Shown piece by piece: positions 57,944 through 64,000 of a stretch of 64,000 bases of DNA. The DNA lies in the NCBI GenBank assembly GCA_004764695.1, contig SMSO01000005.1, positions 806,001 to 870,000 of the forward strand, written 5' to 3'. The notes beneath the pieces were generated by a model. That model worked only from the letters and a program-made list of their open reading frames with translations. It did not search any database and was not told where the DNA came from. Every line of letters begins with the position of its first letter. The stretch's first letter is position 1. The stretch is from Schizochytrium sp. TIO01. Lineage: Eukaryota; Protista; Bigyra: Labyrinthulomycetes. The translations under genes were made by a program, and so were the position numbers.

Positions 57944-59827
57944 TTTTCTTTTCCATTCTTTCTTTCTCTTCCCCGCCGCTGATCTGTTCTATCTGCTTTC
58001 GGCCCCTGCGGACGCCTTCCCCTCGTCGCTTGTTGGTGCGAGAGCGGTTGTGGGTGTTGGTTGCCTACGCTTTGGCCTCTGTTCCTTCGTCTGTTGGACC
58101 GACTTGTGTGAGTGCAGGAGCGTCGATAGATCGATTGGGCCGCAAACCAAAGAGGTAAGTGAGGAAATCCCTCCGTAAGCCGAGACTGTGCGAGTTTACT
58201 TTAATCACGAGTCTTTGTGGGATTCATTCTTCTCTCTCTCTCTCTCTCCTTTTCTCTCTCTCTCTCTCTGCGGACTACAAGGCAAAGCGTCCAATGACTG
58301 ACTGACTGACTGACTGTGATTGCTTTCTTTCTATCTTTTTTTCTTTCCTGCACATGCATTTGGCAATGTTGGGCGCCTTTACGCTCTGTTGGAGTGGGCT
58401 CTCTCTGCTCTGTTGGGTTTTCACGCCCCTTTATGGCAGCCGCCTCTGTCGTGGCTCTCCTTGACCGTGCCTGTGAAGAGGGGGGAGGGCCACTAAAAGG
58501 TGGAATTGATTAATCGATTGATTGATTGATTGATTGATCGATTGCGAGTTCAACTTCGTTAATTTTCATCGCCGCTCTCTTTTCGCTCCTCCTAGCAGCA
58601 GCTTAGCTATCGAGCTAGCCAGGTAGTTGTTGTTTCGCCGCCTTTTCATCGCCGCCTCGGGTTGTGACTGAGTTTTCATCGATCGATCTTTGCGAAGTTT
58701 GGTGCTCTCTGTCCGCGATGATGATGGATGGCTTCGGCTTCATTCAAGTAAGTGCCTTGTCGCCAGAAATTTGAGTGAGTGACTGAGTGAGTGACTGAGT
58801 GAACGGCGAGACTATCGAAGCTGGGCCGTTTCCTGCGCGATCGCTCGCTCGCTCCAGCCGAGCTTTCCCTTCTCCGCCAGGCTCCCAGGGACGTCTAGCT
58901 AGCCTAGCTCGCTAGCTAGCTCGCGAGAAGCAGCTCGAGAAAGGCGAAAGCTTTCGAAGCACGGCCTTCTTTCGAAGTAGCTTCGCTTTGTAGTTGTGCG
59001 TGCGTGCGTGCGTGCGTGCTCTTCTCTGCCTCGCCAAATCAAGCTCTACTTCAATTTGTAAAAATTCGACGGAAATGACTTGAAACAACGACAATATACA
59101 TATATTTATACCAACAAAAAAGCGAATATTATTCTTTGAATTGAAAGGAAAGAGATCTGGTGCCAGCTGCGACGGTCCAAAGGAGGGAATTATCGATGGA
59201 AATGGCCACTGCGGACTTACACCGTCTCAAGCTCCAACCAAAGGAGTAAGTAGAGGTGGTTATTTCTATTTATAATTCTCTTAAATATTTATAATTAGAA
59301 TTATAAAAATCAAATTAAATTCGCTTTCTTCTATGGAAATCCTGGAGCAAAGAAAGAAAGAGAGCGAGAACCCGAAACAAAACCATGTCCCACTTCATTC
59401 ATTGTCAAACAAACAAACAAACCAACCAACCAACCAACACACCAATAACTTCAACAACAACAGTCGCTCGAAAGATCGTCCTTTCCACCGCCAATCAACG
59501 CACTCTTGCGCTGGCTGCTTTTCCGAGTATAACAGGCATTACTCTATTTCCAGTAGGTACTCACGAACTCATTCCATCATCCCCACATACTCCCTGCCTG
59601 CTTATCTCTCTCTCTCTCTCTCTCTCTGCTCCATCGATCTGCTCCCGAACGGGCGAAAGGAAGCGAAAGAAGCGACTCAAAGCAGCGGGAAAGTCAACTC
59701 GAGCAAGCGTGGCGTCGATCAGAGCAGCGCTCCACACTCTCCCTTCTAAACGCAGCAGAGTAGTGACCAGCGGCGGTCCACAATACGAAGCCAAAGGTTG
59801 TGTTTATGGTAAACAACCGCCTTCAGA

Positions 59828-59873
59828 AGAAAGTTAGAAAGTTAGAAAGTTAGAAAGTTAGAAAGTTAGAAAG
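59828..59873. repeat. (AGAAAGTT)n tandem repeat, about 5.7 copies
   Basis: Direct reading. Confidence 0.9.
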
Positions 59874-61399
59874 CGAGAAAAGAGAAAGAAAAAGGGGAAA
59901 AGTAGAAACTTTTGTTCCACTTAGGCTCTTCTCAGGTAGCTTCCTCCTCGGCGTAGGAAAACGCGTAGCACTCACTAGGAGGTGGCCAGATGGAGGCTTC
60001 CCGAGACGGTCGAAATCTTTCACAACTGTGACAGAACTGCTGTCTTTGACACGCCTCGCCTCCGCACTTCGAGGCTTCGACGTCCTTCGGGATCCGGTCA
60101 GAGCCGCCTGCTCCGGCGGCAAAGGCGTCCACGAGCGACAGGCCCGCGGGAAAGAAAGATCTCCGGCCGAATAAATAACCAGGATGCGTGCACGCCTGAA
60201 CTTGATTTATCATTCATTTCCTTTCTCGATCTTTCTCTCTCTGCGTTCCAAATTTCGCGCGCGTTCTGTTCGCGTTCTTTATCGATATAAAGATCTCTTT
60301 TTGCAGTGCAAGGTTTGAGAAACTTCTTCTTTCTTCAGCCTCGAGTTCGTTCAAGACGGGCGGGCTGCTGCGCTCCTTGGCCGAGCTGCCAGAGCACATC
60401 AGCTGCTCTGGCGCGCCACGCATTGGGTACCGGCCTGCCTGCTGCTGCCTATCTGCAGCCGGCTTTGGGCCCTCTCTGTGTACCGCGCTTGCTGATCAAT
60501 TGAGCCTGCGAGTTGGGATTCTGCGCTTGCTGCTCGTGGTGTCGTTCTTATCGTTCTTATCGTTCTTCGAAAGGACAGGTAAGCAATCGATCGATCAAAT
60601 CAATCAAATCAATCAATTTTATTCAATCAATCAAATCAACGAATGAATCAATGAATCGATCAATTCTCAAGAAAGCATTCTGCTCGTACTCCGGCAGCAT
60701 CTTGCTCAGTCGATCGCCTCGTGCACCGCCTCTCGATCATCGATTTGTCTGCCCTGGAACGGGGTGATTGATCCCTCTGCGAGTCCATGAGATCGAACAA
60801 AGTCCCGGTTTGGGAAACGGAGTGGCGACCTGCAAGCTCTCGAAGACTTGCTTGCTTGATTGGCTGCTTGGGGTCGTATTCGCGTTTTCATCGGTTCATC
60901 GATTGGGTCAACGATTGGCTGATCGATGCACCGGTGTTGATCAACATTGATCGAGGAATCGATTCCATCAAACCAATCCTCACAAAGTCAAAAGCCCAAA
61001 ATTGCGATCGGCACGTGCCTCCATGTTCCTTACTCCCTAGTACCATCCCTCACTCACAGGGAAAGTAAGCTCTGTATAGTGTTAGTTAGAATCCTACAGT
61101 GCTTCGAGATGTAGCACTGCTAGTCCTGCGGGTATAGCCTTCTATGCCCCTGTGGCTTGTGAAGTTATGTTATAGTATAAGCTGGGTCCCGGGGTCGTTC
61201 CAATCGTAAGTCCTATGTGGTCCTATCGGTATATCGGGTGGTAGAGGTTGCTACGTACTGGTGTAGAGAAGAAGACCGCTTCGAGGAATGATTGACGCGT
61301 TGGTTTTCGATGATATCTTCTGCCACGATGATTCTGAACGGTTTCCTCGAAACCAACAGCGGATGGGCGGGCGGCCAGCCAGGTTAGCGGAGGAATGAG

Positions 61400-61462
61400 C
61401 GAATGAATGGATGGATGGATGGATGGATGGATGGATGGCTAAATGAATGGATGAATGAATGA
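61400..61462. repeat. (GAAT)n/(GGAT)n compound microsatellite
   Basis: Direct reading. Confidence 0.85.
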
Positions 61463-64000
61463 ACAAACGATTGCCTTAGTCGCTTACTCGTATTCTGAAC
61501 CCCTTCTTCCATGCTTACTATGACTACTAATTAGGAAGGTAGGAAGTGCTAGGGCACCTATCTACCGGGGTTCGGGTTCCTACACCTTTCGCCGTCTGGC
61601 AAATATTAGAACAAAACAAAACAAAAGATGCTCTCTTACCAGGATAATAGTAACTAGTAGGTATCTCGAAACAGTATAAATTTTCTGGTGAATTATAAGG
61701 TATTATAAAAACTATATTGGCTTCTTATAAATCCCGTTACTATATCTTTGTTAGTAAACGGAGTAGTCAGCTAAATTGAGTTATGGCTGGTTGTATATAC
61801 AGTTGTGTATGTTTATACTTGATTCTAAAAGCTGTTATAGCCAAGTAAATAAGTAAGTTAGTTAGTTTGCAAAAGTAAGCAGAAAAGAAGGGTAAGCTCG
61901 CAAAAGAAAAGAAAGAAAGAAAGGTCGGCAGCTTCCTTTCCAAGTTCCTCAAACGAGCTAGCTGCGAAAACCATGAATTGCAGGCACACGGATCGAGGCC
62001 GCGAACCTCATCGAGCGAGAGGCCCTCCGCACCTGCTGTTCGCTTGACCTCTGTCTGCAGCGCGACGCTTCTTCATAGGCCCTACCGAATCTAGCAGAGT
62101 CTCGGCGATCTTCGAGGAGAGATAGTTAGATATTTTAAGTTGGGAAGCATCTATGGTAGAATGTATACAATATACACTACGCTATTTGATTTGATTCAAT
62201 TATTTTAAAAAATAAAAAAAGAAGTAAAATGAAATCAATAACAGGATAAGTTGAGCTACACCATTGAAACAAAAGCAAGCAGCGAGGACTTGGAGTAAGG
62301 TGTCAAGAAAGGATGCCTTCTTGCACAATTATGAGGCTTTTGATGACAGGAGGGCCTTCATTTCTAGAAAGGAAACGCCTATCTTCCTCTTCTTCTTCTC
62401 CTTCTGCCCTCTCAGAGCCCATCTTCGCTCAATACTCTTTCTCTTCAAGGTAGTGTAGAAACAGGCAAACACAAGAGAGTGAAGGTTTGCCCGAGCAAAG
62501 TAAAGATAAGTAAAAGAGCAGGAGAGTATGAAAGAAAGGGCTAGACAGTCAGTCCAAATGAACGCGAGAGTGGCAGTCACAATCTAAAAAAGCCTGGAAT
62601 GAGGAGGTTACGAGGTAGTGACTCATCTCCCATATCGCTGTCCCGAAAGCCTTTTCTTCTTTCTCGTATCCTCACATTCTAATTACACTCTCTCGTGTCT
62701 TTCAAAGTTCATCTCCTTCATTCATACATAGGCAGAGGTACCTATATTAAAAAAAGAAAGAAAAAAAAGAAAAAAAAGAAAGTCACTCGAGAGAGCATTA
62801 CTAAAAAGGTTCATTCACTTTCCTTTTCCCTGGGTTGTCTGTCCATCTATCTATCTATTTATTGGACGTCTTATTCTCTCCTGGCTTCTTCTTTATATCA
62901 CGCGCTGATTTCTTTTAAGAGGTGGGTTTCGCAGCAGAGAGGCGGCTCTTAGATCAAAGCACTGAAATTCGACGCCCTCGCTTAGAAAGGGTCGGTCGCA
63001 GCATTGTGTTGAACTAGGTAGGCATGCTCAGACAGGGTTCCTATAGATTAGCGTCCGCAGGCCTCCTCTGTAGATTGTTTCCCGCAGTGGCAATACACTT
63101 GTAATACGTACCTCTCACATGGAACGACTGCGGATACCACACCTCGGACCTCACCGTCGAAGATATTGATATCATGTGGGACGCTGCGGCCTTCATCTTC
63201 CTCCTTTCTTGAATGGAAAACGTTTTAAAATTAAAGAAAACAGATGAAAAGTAAATTATTATTTAAAAAAAGTGGAAGCAGAGTGTTAATTTCTTTCTTT
63301 TTCCCAGTTTCGACCGTGACCTGGTTTTGTTTCCATTTTTAAAGTTTGCGATTTTTACAACTCTCGTTTTAAAAAAATTAAAAAAAAATAAATAATATAA
63401 TATATATATATATAATATAATTAAAAAGATGAATCTTTTTGAAAATGAAGAAAGAGATTTTTAGAATGTAAGAAAAATAAAGAGCAACTTTCCGTGGGAA
63501 GGGCAGATGGGAAACCCACAGTGCATGCGCAACTAAGAAGAAAAAGGGTGAAGAGAAGAAGAAGAAGAAGAAGTGTTGGATAGATTTTCTTCCTTCTTTC
63601 CAAAAATCTACTAGCCATCTAGCCAGGACTCCTATTTTCTTCTCTTTCTCCAATGGCCAAACAAAAATAAAGTTCAAGAACATGAAAACAATACAATACA
63701 ATATAAAACAAAACAAAACAAAACATAACAGAAAATAAGAATAAAAACTAAACATCGCTGATGAACGCAGGGGTGCACATGCGAGCCAGCCTCCAGAGCC
63801 TTATAAGCTAATACTACTTCTGCTACAACTTCTTTGCAAAGTGCTACACAAGCAGTACCACTGATCACGTGGAGCTCGCTCGAGCTAGCAAGACCTTCTT
63901 CATCATTCTTCTCGACGCAGCTTAGAAACCAACTTAACCCTTCGCCTCCTCTTCGCGGCCCAAACTCAGCCAGCTCGCGGATGCAGCAGCGCCGGGCTCC

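Noticed and set aside
59828-59873. Interstitial telomere-like TTAGAAAG repeat
   Set aside because: Lacks GG runs; a simple 8-bp microsatellite.

Overview
Eukaryotic nuclear DNA, most likely a stramenopile protist of the thraustochytrid type (Aurantiochytrium-like). This is inferred from gene content, short intergenic distances and sparse 5'-biased GT-AG introns, not from a database match. Positions 1-46.5 kb are gene-dense with 13 protein genes: partial PCC alpha, Cdc14, a hypothetical protein, an SDR, a large TPR protein, an ER-type ankyrin protein, a Myb-like/BAH protein, an EGF/Calx-beta/filamin/PA14 protein, a Mn-type CDF transporter, mitochondrial L33, an EF-hand-like/WH2-like protein, a PRISE-type reductase and flotillin. 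Five of these need introns the ORF track misses. Positions 47-64 kb hold no intact gene: a decayed membrane-kinase pseudogene, then microsatellites, a 45-53 bp minisatellite and GC-rich promoter/UTR-like islands. The most striking unexplained element is a ~1 kb hairpin-dense region with no credible ORF (about 34140-35160) between the divergent CDF and L33 genes. It looks like a large structured ncRNA and contains TAACCTA, a possible template for TTAGG telomeres, so it is a speculative telomerase-RNA candidate. No rRNA, tRNA, CRISPR array or intact mobile element was recognised.
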